Source: Octopus sinensis
Taxonomy: Eukaryota
Assembly (NCBI RefSeq): GCF_006345805.1
Contig: NC_042997.1
Span: 16,554,001 to 16,618,000 of the forward strand
DNA: 64,000 nucleotides
Reading direction: 5' to 3'
Notes under the pieces: generated by a model
What the model was told of the DNA's origin: nothing
Database searches by the model: none
Seen by the model: the letters and a program-made list of their open reading frames with translations, nothing else
Program-made: the position numbers and the translations under genes
In this document: positions 38,691-49,850 of the stretch, piece after piece
Numbering within the stretch: the first letter of the stretch is position 1
Layout of the letters: every line of letters starts with the position of its first letter

Positions 38691-39756
38691 AGAGTGGTTG
38701 ACTGGATTAACTGCAATTTCTTACTAGTACCTATAATGGTGATCAAACAAGCTGAAAGTTTGGCAGTTCCTTTTCTGTCAGTAGCACTGCTTTAGTGTTG
38801 TAAAGGAGTGACAAACCAGTCACCCTAAGATTTAGCAGCAATGTAAAATAGCTTTGATTACTAGCTGTACTAGTACTTTAGTACTAGTATTTGTTGTGTT
38901 TGTTGTACTATTGTACTATTTGTTGTAGTAACTTCTACTCCTTGTGTGTATATAGAAAGGAGAGGGGTTACCTCTATCAAGTTAATTCATTTAAGATCAA
39001 TTATATTAATTCTTTCGTGGTTACACTCACGGAGTGGTTGGCATTAGGAAGGGCATCCAGCTGTAGAAACATTGCCAGATAAGACTGGAGCCTGGTGCAG
39101 CCTTCTGGCTTCCCAAATCCCCGGTCGAACTGTCCAACCTATGCTAGCATGGAGAACGGACGTTAAACGATGATGATGATGATCCCTATAATCCAGTGGG
39201 ATAAGACACTCAGGTCAATTTTTGTAGAGAATAGCCCTGTAGTTCATTGTATCAACTTCATTGGATTACTGATGCTTGTACTTATTTTTATCTCCAATAG
39301 CAGAATCAGTGAACTCTGAACTCAGTTCAAGTCATACAGTCCAACACATTCCTGTTTCTGTTTGCCATATCTTTGCTTTATCATATCTTACAATAATAAA
39401 TTAGACTATCCTTCTATGCATACAGTAACAAGATGAATTGCATGTAATTCATAACAATTAAAATTAGATTTAATATTTATTCATTGATCTAACATGTTAT
39501 TCTCCTCACTCATTAAGAACTATTGATAAATTAGCTTTTGTTTTGACTACAATAATTATGATGATCTGAAGCAAATTGTGTTCCTTACTCTCTGTGCAGA
39601 TGCATCCCTGGGTAATATGCATGTGATTATGCTACCATTAGTACTCTGGTACAAATGAAAGTTTAGAACTATCAGCTCTTGCATATAAGTTTTCAATTTT
39701 TGCCTTCTTGTTTTGTTTTCAATGCAGGAATATAATGTGGTTGATAGATATACTGT

Positions 39757-40090
39757 GAAGGCGCATGGCTCAGTGGTTAGAGCATTGAGCTTACATCGTG
39801 AGGTTGTGAGCTCGAATCCCGGACCGGACTGCATGTTGTGTTCTTGAGCAAGACACTTTATTTCACGTTGCTCCAGTTTACTCAGCTGTAGAAATGAGTT
39901 GCGACATCACAGGTGTCAAGCTGTATCGGCCTTTGCCTTTCTTTTGGATCACTGGTGGCGTGGAGAGGGAAGGCTGGCATGCATGGGCGACTGCTGGTCT
40001 TCCATAAACAACCTTGCCCGGACTTGAGCCTGGGAGGGTAACTTTCTAGGTGCAATCCCATGGTCTGTGTTGTGACCGAAGGGGGTCTCA
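39757..40090 (+). mobile_element. tRNA-derived SINE, fourth family
   Basis: A box tggctcagtgg, B box gctcgaatccc; perfect 14-bp TSD gatagatatactgt at 39743-39756 and 40091-40104; degenerate relative at ~59107-59370. Confidence 0.88.
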
Positions 40091-40305
40091 GATAGATATA
40101 CTGTTGGCACCCAAATTATCTTCCTTAAAAGTATCTGGCAAACAATGTTATAGTTATCTAAAACACATTTGTTATTTGAGAAATACAGCTGGTTGAGTTA
40201 ATATGGTGTCACTTTACCAGATGATGGCTCTGGTTCACAAGCTTAATTCTCAAATAGTGCAGTCCATCTACGTGAAAGTAAATGTCACAGAGTGGAAACA
40301 ACTCA

Positions 40306-40613
40306 TTGCTCTCAGAACTAATTAATGATTTCATGGCCAAAGCACTTGTCTCTCTTATGGCACAGTAATCATCATCATCATCATCCTTTAATGTCTGTTT
40401 TCCATGCTAGCATGGGTTGGGTGGCTTGACAGAAACTGATTACATCAAGTTCCACGGTTTGTGGTCTCTGGCCTTTCCAGTTTCTGTCAAGCCATCCAAC
40501 CCATGCCACCATGGAAAATAGACATTAAATGTTGATGATAATGATGATGAAGACTGTGCCATAAGAGATGTAAGTGCTTTGGCCATAAACTCATTAATTA
40601 GTTCTGAGAGTAG
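40306..40613. repeat. ~133-bp inverted duplication with 39-nt spacer
   Basis: Arm 40306-40438 is the imperfect reverse complement of 40478-40613. Confidence 0.9.
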
Positions 40614-42792
40614 TAAATAGGTGTAAATAAGCATTAAGAGTTGGTACAAGTATGAGCTGCACTTCATATGTAGTTTATTTGCTTACAATGATCACTTATA
40701 TGAATTCCTGCTATTGAGTGTAGTTCAATGAAAGATGATGTCTATCCTCTAAGCTTTTAAGGGGTGCTACTACACCTCATGAGGTTATACAGTGTAAGAT
40801 AAATACCTATAAATACCTCCCTGTAACCCCTGATATTCTTTTAAGGACTGGTGTTTAGTTCCAGTTCCATGGTATTAAGTGTATCAGGAATAAATTTTTC
40901 CTTTGATAGGATGTCAGGCTATTGTAGATTACATTCCCAAGTGATCAAGGATCTAATCTTGATAGTTACATGAAGACAGCTGAAAATAAACTGCTTCATT
41001 CATAAGCAACAACAAAAAAAAAAAAAAGGCAGCATTGAATTTGAACTAATGGCTCTTTAGTTCATTTTAGATTCACAGTTGAGACCATGCTGGAGCACCT
41101 ATGAACAGATAGGTTCAACTATTCCACCTCAATAACCATTCAACTATTCCACTTCTGTAAAGGTTTATTGGGCTTTTATCCTTTCTTTTACTTGTTTGTT
41201 ATTGGATTGTAGTCATGTGGGTGCTCTGCCATAAAGGGTTCAGTTGAACAGATTGACTCCAGTACTTTCTTTTGAGTCTGGTGCTTACTCTCAGCCTTTT
41301 TTTGCTGAATCACTAAGTTATAGGGTTATAAACAAACCAACACCAGTTGTCAAGTGGTGGTGGTGTGGGGCAAACGCAGACTCGCACACGCATTTATATA
41401 ATAAGTTTCCACTCAGTTTCTGTCTACTAAATTCACTCACAAGGTATTGCTCAGCCCAGAACACTTGCCCAAAGTGCTCTATAGTGAAACTGAACCCAAA
41501 ACCATGTGGTTGGAAAGCAAGCTTCTTAACCACACAGCCACACCTGTTCCTATATTAATTAATTTTAATCAGGTTTCAGGTGTGTATTTCTTTTAGTTGG
41601 CTTATCATGTTGTTAAATTGTGAGATAACTAGTAAGATCAATAACTGTAGAGAGCATAAAACCTTACTTACAGAATGCAACAGTGATGAGATTAACAGGT
41701 GAATATAATGCTGTTGTGCAGACCCTTTATCTAATCCATACCAGCATGGAAAACAGCACTCTTCACCACCACCACTATCATCATGGGGAAGATGGTAGAA
41801 GTGGTTGATAGTAATGATAAAGTATGCATTCTTGAGAAAAGCAAGCTTAACCCTTCATTACCATATTTATTTTTAAGTGCTCTGTGTTTCTTTCAATTAA
41901 TTTTAAATATAACAAAGAATTTAGTAAAATAACTTAATCATTAATATAGTGTTAGCAACATAAATTGTGACTAAGGTTTGGTGGAAGATTTTAATTCAAA
42001 ACTTATGAAAACAAGACATTTGTACTAGAGATCCAGAGGCGGTTTCAGCCGGGTTGGTATCGAAAGCTGGGAAGCAAGTTAGTTATATAAACTTTTATTT
42101 TTATTTCTCTCTGTTCATGAAGAAGATGAATCATTGTTGCTGCTTTTACTACTAATAATATTGGTCTTGTTATTTTACTGAGTTTCAAAACTAGTTCTTG
42201 CATAAGTATTGGAATCTGAAATTGTAAGGAGATGAGAAATGATAAGTTGTGATGGTCACACCTTTCCCAAGAAAAAGAATTAGATAAGAAAAATAATAAT
42301 ACAAGAATGGAAGTGGATCTTGGACTTAGCTCAGCAGAAACTATACTTAAATGTTGTCTGCCAGATTTTAATAATAATTTTCTATTAGGTAAGAAGTTTG
42401 CTTCCCAGCCACATGGTTCTGGGTTCAGTTCCACTGTGTGGCACCTTCCTTGCTCTTCCTGGACAAAGGAAGGCAGCAAAACAATCTTCACAATGGATTT
42501 AACCAATAGCTGGATCTGTTCTGCACACAACAGCAGCTATTCAACAGGTCAGCAATGCTTGGACATAGAATCAGTGCATGCAGAACGGTCTAATTTCTTT
42601 GCTTGCATCTTCAGTCATTCCCAGTTGACAGCACTTCCATATGTGCAGAATTTATGTTTATCCAGCAATGCCTCTTCACTTCACCATAGAACTACTACGT
42701 CAGAGATTTCTGGAAGTTATCCATAGTCCCTGTGCTGAACATCTCCAGGAACAGATCAGCCAAATGATTATTGTCAATGCTCACAATTTCCA

Positions 42793-43000
42793 CATCATCA
42801 TCATCATCGTTTAACGTCCGCTTTCCATGCTAGCATGGGTTGGACGGTTCAACTGGGGTCTGGCAAGCCCGAAGGCTACACCAGGCCAGTCAGATCTGGC
42901 AGTGTTTCTACAGCTGGATGCCCTTCCTAACGCCAACCACTCCGAGAGTGTAGTGGGTGATTTTATGTGCCACCGACACAGGTGCCAGACGAGGCTGGCA
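42793..43000 (-). mobile_element. Family B RTE 3'UTR copy
   Basis: Same sequence as 7365-7643. Confidence 0.85.
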
Positions 43001-45299
43001 GACGAATGTCATTATTGCTCATCCTCCACCACTAGTTTTCTGAAATGCTTGATAAGGGTGTTTACTTGGTGCTTGCAGTGTGGGTATATTATCTGAGGTT
43101 ACTGTGAAATGGGATGTGATATGACTTGTTAATGGTGATGATTATATTTAATTACTCCTTATAGTGTTTTGTGTTTTACATTAAATATAAATGTTTGCTT
43201 ATTTTCTATTTTCCTGCAGTTTTATTATTTTAAAAAATTTCATTGTTTAGTTGTTTGATGCTGAGTTTATTTTCTTTGTATATATATTGCATTTGATGTT
43301 TTCTCCCTTGGCTATATCTGGTTTGTGGTAATTGTGGTTGTATTTTTTGATGTTGCCTTGTGAGATATATGTGTGTTTTTTTTTCTTTTAATTTAAAAAA
43401 AAAAATTTTTTTTTTTAGATGTGTCTATAATTATTTTGTTGAATATGTGTTCTGCAATGTCTCTCTGTTGGTGATTGTGGCATTGTTGAATTCTGAGCAA
43501 TCTTAATTCAGTTACTTGATAGAACTTGTTTCCTTGTGCTTTTTTGAAATTTGTAAAAGTGTTTTTGTTTTCTTCATTTGTGTGTGAATATCTTGCGGTA
43601 ATTGGTATGTACTTTGAAGAAAGTCGGGGAATTGTTTGGCAAGTGATGGTGATAGCTATTGTGTGGCAGTGAAGGGTTGTAGTTGTTTATCAAGTATCTG
43701 GTGTGTGTGGACATGTTTGTCATCATCATCATCATCATCATCATTTGATGTCCATTTTCCAAGCTGGTATGTGTTGGATGGTTTGACTGAATCTGATGAG
43801 CTATAGAACTGCACTGAGCTCCAGTGTTTCTATGGCTGGATGCCCTTCCTAAAGCCAACCACTTTACAGAGTATAATGGTTGCTTTTTTCATGTCAACCA
43901 ACATTAGTGAGATCACTAAGTAACCTGCAAGACAAAAGAATAAGAAGAAAGGAGAAAATAGTCTCCTCAACTAAAAGCGGGGAAGGCGGGGCAGTGGTTC
44001 TATGCCAAGTGTTGAGAAGTTAAAGTGTGATAGAGGGACAAGCCCAGGTGTCTTGTTATAGAGGCTACCCTGCAATGGGTGGGAATAGCTGGAAAGAAGC
44101 TAGAGATGGTAGTAACAGGATACCAGAACATCTCACGTTACAAAAGGGTGGATATGAGAGGATACAGACAATGTATAATAGGGAAGAGGATAGAGCAATA
44201 GATCAATAGATGGTTAGAGATAGAAGTATAGGTAAATGTAATGAGTGATGAACAAAGGTGGAGGTGCCATTGATGAGAAGTACCAGTGTGTTGGTGTAAT
44301 TTGCTTAGGATGTAAAGGAAGTCTAGCTGAGATACTACATCACCTCTCTTGTTATCTAGCTGTATTATAAGAAAACCAGGTGTTGAATGCGTTGAAGTCT
44401 CCTCTAATGATGTCCTTGTTTTTTTTTGTGAGAATGCTAAAGTGCTGTAGCTGGCAGATGTGATCTGAGATGGTCGATGTGGTGAAGAATGGCATAGATA
44501 TATTTATCAATGCACTTTGCTTGGTTAGTTTTTATTTTGAAAGTTTGCATTTTTAATGTAGTCATTCACTGTTAGTTTATGAATGTCATTTGTTATATTT
44601 TTATATCTAATACAAACTTTTACATGTTGTTAGACCATAATTGCTGTAAAAGGATCTTGCTAGTTCGATTTTGGCATTATTTGGAATTGTAAATGAATTA
44701 TGTTCTAGTAGTAAGAATATTCCTTGGATTATTGCTATATGAATACTGTGAGTGATGATAAAATCTTTTAGTTCCATGAAGGTGTGTTTAATGATGTTAA
44801 TGTCATCATCATCATTACTTGATTTCTATGCTGGGATAATTAGACTGGTCATCACAGTCCAAGTCAGTTCTTATTTGGGGTTACTGTTCACCTAGACTGG
44901 TCACAAGACCTTGTTTTACTTCTATTTGTTAGAGAAGTGGAGAGACTTGATTTCTATGATTGCATTCCTTTCCTAATGCCAAACACTTAATATAAGTGTA
45001 CTTTATTCATTTTATTGTGGCACCAACACTAGAGAAGTTGCCATGTCTTTAATGAAACTAAGGAACTCTGTTGTCCCAATGTCTCTCTACTTGCTCAATG
45101 ACACCGATTAGCGAGTCCTTGCCACTCTGTAATGTATACTTTTACTCAAGGTGATGTGGCTGAGGAGGTGAACAGAAGAGAGCCTTGCAATTTTTTTTAG
45201 ATTATATACTTTATATAAACTTTTTAGTTTTTGTGTATGAACTGTATATTTTTAACCTGCAATGTTGTGAGGTTGGGAAGGTATATAGCAACGGTATAT

Positions 45300-46817
45300 T
45301 CTGTTTTTGTCGTTTGCTGTTCGTGTTATTGTTATTTTTCTTGTGAAGGCGTGTATTTTTCTTGATTATGTTTGAATGTTGTTAAGTTGTGTCTGGTCCA
45401 TGATAGAGCGTCGTCGTCGTCATGGTAGAAGTGGTGGTGGTGACATTGATAGGTCATTGTTGTCGTAATGGTTGTTGTTAGTTAAACCTATATCAGCCTT
45501 GATAGACAAGACTTGCAGTTAACGACTTAATAGCCATAGCCATCTCGTCTCTTCCAGGCAGTTTCTATAGGGTTTACAGTGTTCAACATATCCATTATTT
45601 TGTAACGACATGCAGTGATCTGATGCAGATCTAGCTGCTGTTTCTAACAGGTCGAGGCACCCTCGTTTTGCTCGTAATAGTAGCGCTAGTAGTTGGTCGC
45701 CGCCGTAGTAGTAGTTGCAAAAGCGGTGGTGGTAGTAATGGCAGAACGTCATAGTAGTAGTAGTGGAAATGGTAGGTCGTCGTAATAATAGTAGTAGTAG
45801 TAGTAGCAGCAGCAGCAGCAGCAAAAGGCGATGAAGGTTAGCGAGGCTTGATACTCTTGGTCGCCGCTTCTATTTCCTACTCTTACTGCTCCCCGCTACG
45901 ATATGCCGGCTTCTTTGGTTTGTTTGCTGCTACCACTTCTGATGCCACTCCAGCTGTCTGTCTGCCTCTTGTAAATGTACTATAGGGCCTAAATCAGCCT
46001 ACCAGCCAGCTAGCCAGCCGGCCGACAAGTGCTACCACCATTTCTCTATTTAACCTAACTGTAGCTCCACCAACACCCTTTCCGAAAACTACTGGATCTG
46101 CGCTTGGAACATACTACTGATGTGCAATCGAAAAACCATCTCCGCTGATTTAGTAGACTACTTTGCTACAGATTCATTTCTGCTGCTTTCTCCTGTTTAT
46201 TTTCCTTATTTTGCAACCTTTGTAAAATAAGCCTCACTCCGAAGGTAGATATATATATATATATACACACACACGGATTATATATATAACTGTATTGTTT
46301 TGTATATTATTATTATTATTGCATTGTTATATTTTTATATTCATCTTTGCATTGCTATCTATTTATATTCATCATTGCATTATTTATGTATATTTATATA
46401 TTATCGTATTCTTATACACACACACATTTGATGTTGCATCAGTCTATTCCTTTCCCATTCTGTTTTCTGATATTTATTTCTAATTAATGCATGCTGACTA
46501 TATTTGTACTCTTATAGAACGCAAATTTTTCATATTACTGTCTATATCGGTTTTTCCTTCGCCATGCCTCGGTTTGCAGGTACTTTATATGTACGCAACG
46601 ATAATAATTTAATATTTATCACAATGATTCATTTTAATAATCACGAAAACGATCCATTTAATAAAATCTATAACTGAGCTTTTTCCCTACATTATTTGGG
46701 TAGATGGAAAGAAACTCAGCAGACATGAACAGCTAAGGACAATCTCTGAAGCTGTCCAAACTACTGACGAGTGTATATGATGCTTTCTCGATTCAATGTC
46801 AAACCCCACCCCTATTT

Positions 46818-46852
<35 letters not shown>

Positions 46853-48350
46853 ATATATCCCATTGGGAACTGATGTTTCCTACTAAAGATGTGTTCCCTG
46901 GTCATAGCCCTCCCCTCAAAACCCCTTTCGGTATGCCAGGCAGCTACAAGCATAGACTGGTTGGGGGGTAGACGACGGCACCACAGCAGTCTGTGCGTAC
47001 CAGGTTTTCAATTTGCTTAGTTACCTACCCCCAGCCTTTTTATGCTAGACTCAGCTCTACTGATGTCTGCCAAACAACAAAGGCAAATTACTTTTAAGGC
47101 AAAAATGTTTCCTTTCCTGATTGATGTCTCTTTGATGTAGTAGTAGCCGCGTGTGTGTGTGCTTACACATTTTTGCATACCAACCATCTTTCTTCGTAAA
47201 TTAAACAGATTGCTTGCTTTTATATGTATGTAAATGTCGACATTTTACCCTTTTACACCCACCCACGTATGTGTGCATTCATTACCATTCGTGTGTGTGT
47301 GTGTATGTCGTGGAAAAATAAATCGCTTGCTTATGTGTATGTATATATGTGTGTATGCTAACACTCATTTGCTTGTATTTGCCTCGGAGTGTGTGGGTGT
47401 GCGCGCAAATGTCGACACAGATACAGACACACACATATTTACATTCACCATCGGTCCATTTCGAAGCACCCACAATACTGTTGCTTCTATACATTACTCA
47501 AACTTAGGAAATTGCCAGTGGGTAACGAGGTTTTAACAGAGAGATAGTTTTAAAATATATTCAGTTACTACTAATTAATGCTATTTATTATCTGTCTAAT
47601 TAGTTTTAAACGAAATTGCAGCTGAAATAAAAACAAAAAACATCTTTAGTTATTTTCATGTGATAATAATTATTATTATTTTGTTTGAAAAGAAAGGGAA
47701 ATAAAAACTTAAGACGATAAACCTTTTTATTTTTGTTATGAAAATTCAGCAGATTTTTTTTATTTATTTATAAATGGGCTTCTTTTTACAGATTTATAGA
47801 AATTTGAGATTTCGTGATATGCATGCCTTTCCCCATGTCAAATATGGCGACAAAAATTCATTTTCTACTTTAACACAAGGCCACACATATGTATGGATAG
47901 GTCGTATAGTCAACTGAATCGACTCCTGTAGATTGTTTGGTATTTATTTTAACAGTCATAGAAGGCGGAAAGACAAAAACCAACTCCTGGGATTCGAACT
48001 TACTTTGTATAACATGGTTATACATATCGATTTCTGATATTATTGCATGCTACGTTTTAGGGGAAGGGGAAATAGTTGATTAAATCAACTTCAGTACTTG
48101 ACTGATACTTTATATTGACCCTTGAAGGGTAAAAGACAAATTTCACTATAGATATTGACATCTATTTAAAGTTCAGTATTTTCAGCGCTTTCTATATTAT
48201 TCTAGTGAATTATTTCTATCCCTTGCTTTTTACTTTCATACCTTACCTATGAATCAGTCCCCAGGTCACTGATCATAAATATCTTCAAGAGACGAAGATT
48301 GAGATTTTATCCTCTATCTGTCTCTTCCACATCAACTACATTGATTGCTA
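45300..48350. promoter_or_regulatory. Second CpG-undepleted, TE-poor region: candidate internal promoter or alternative first exons
   Basis: Frequent CpGs, (TAG)n(CAG)n tract, donor-like gaag|gtagat (46245) and ttcg|gtatgc (46931), YY1-like aatatggcg at 47841. Confidence 0.45.
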
Positions 48351-48867
48351 CTTAAACGATTTAACATACTGTATAAATACCTTATCCAAATCTTGATATT
48401 TCACTCCTTTTTTTCTCTCATCATCCTTACTGCATCTCAACTTCATAAAAAAAAATTGTGCTAAAATCCATTGTCTAATAATTCTTCCTTCCAAAAACTG
48501 TTCATGATTTTAATACAAGTGCAAAGGTTCAAAGTGAAATAATCAGCCACATTGTCCCCTCACAAGTGTGGAGGGACTTGCAAAAGCTATGGACACCGTC
48601 ACTTATTTTTAGACTTAAAAATAAAAAAAAAAAAAAAAAGGTGGGAGGGACACTGTTACAACCTCCAGCATGTCACCAAAGTGTAACAGCTGTAAGTCTG
48701 CCATATTGGGGTTATTGAAATTCAGAACCAGAGTTTTGAAGACAAATGTTTAAAAGTGTGATCTATTGACTTGTGTATGTACACAACTCCTACAAAAATG
48801 TATCAGTCTTTGCTTTACTTGGACTTTATTGGTGTGATAGAGAGTAGTGTGGAGGGAACAGTGAATC

Positions 48868-49274
48868 ATCCACATTATTTTGTCAAGTTTATCCTTATAT
48901 AACCCTAGGTGGGTTCTGATTGAGTAGACGATTGATGAAAGGCTTCAAGCCATGTTCATTCCATCTTATCAGATATACTTTATCTCAGGCTTCAAATCCA
49001 ACATGTTCTTCCGTCTGTCTAGTAAGACAGGCTATGATTCGAGAGATTTGGTTGCTATTTCTAGCAGGTATCCACATTATTTTGTCAAGTTTATCCTTAT
49101 ATAACCCTAGGTGGGCTCTGATTGAGTAGACGATTGATGAAAGGCTTCAAGCCATGTTCATTCCATCTTATCAGATATACTTTATCTCAGGCTTCAATAT
49201 CCAACATGTTCTTCCTTTTGTCTAGTAAGACAGGCTATGATTCGAGAGAGATTTGGTTGCTATTTCTAGCAGGT
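48868..49274 (+). repeat. Tandem duplication of a ~202-bp unit
   Basis: 48868-49069 and 49070-49274 are nearly identical. Confidence 0.95.
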
Positions 49275-49439
49275 GACTGTTGAGTGTCATTTTATCCTGG
49301 ACTTGCTTTTTGGTGAGAATACTCCAATTTAGTTGAAACTGTTCTCAATGTCACATTGAACAACAGTACTGATAAATGACTTACATTAATTCAACATTAT
49401 AGTTTTTTAAGATTGTTTTTTCTCATCTTATTATCAATA

Positions 49440-49850
49440 GGCGCAGGAGTGGCTGTGTGGTAAGTAGCTTGCTAACCAACCACATGGTTCCGGGTTCAGT
49501 CCCACTGCGTGGCATCTTGGGCAAGTGTCTTCTGCTATAGCCCCGGGCCGACCAATGCCTTGTGAGTGGATTTGGTAGACGGAAACTGAAAGAAGCCTGT
49601 CGTATATATGTATATATATATATATGTGTTTGTTTGTGTGTCTGTGTTTGTTCCCCTAGCATTGCTTGACAACCGATGCTGGTGTGTTTACGTCCCCGTC
49701 ACTTAGCGGTTTGGCAAAAAAGAGACCGATAGAATAAGTACTGGGCTTACAAAGAATAAGTCTCGGGGTCGAGTTGCTCGATTAAAGGCGGTGCTCCAGC
49801 ATGGCCGCAGTCAAATGACTGAAACAAGTAAAAGAGAAAAGAGAAAGAGA
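49440..49850 (+). mobile_element. SINE family A, full-length young copy (about 20 copies or fragments in the window)
   Basis: ggcgcaggagTGGCTGTGTGGtaag...GGTTCAGTCCC tRNA-like head, internal microsatellite, (aaagag)n tail. Confidence 0.92.

Noticed and set aside
42045-42726. 139-aa and 161-aa ORFs
   Set aside because: Include SINE A head sequence and old repeat-like sequence; no coherent protein features.
45519-45824. Poly-Leu signal-peptide-like ORF on the minus strand
   Set aside because: Product of the (TAG)n(CAG)n microsatellite with a non-ATG start, running into an old repeat.
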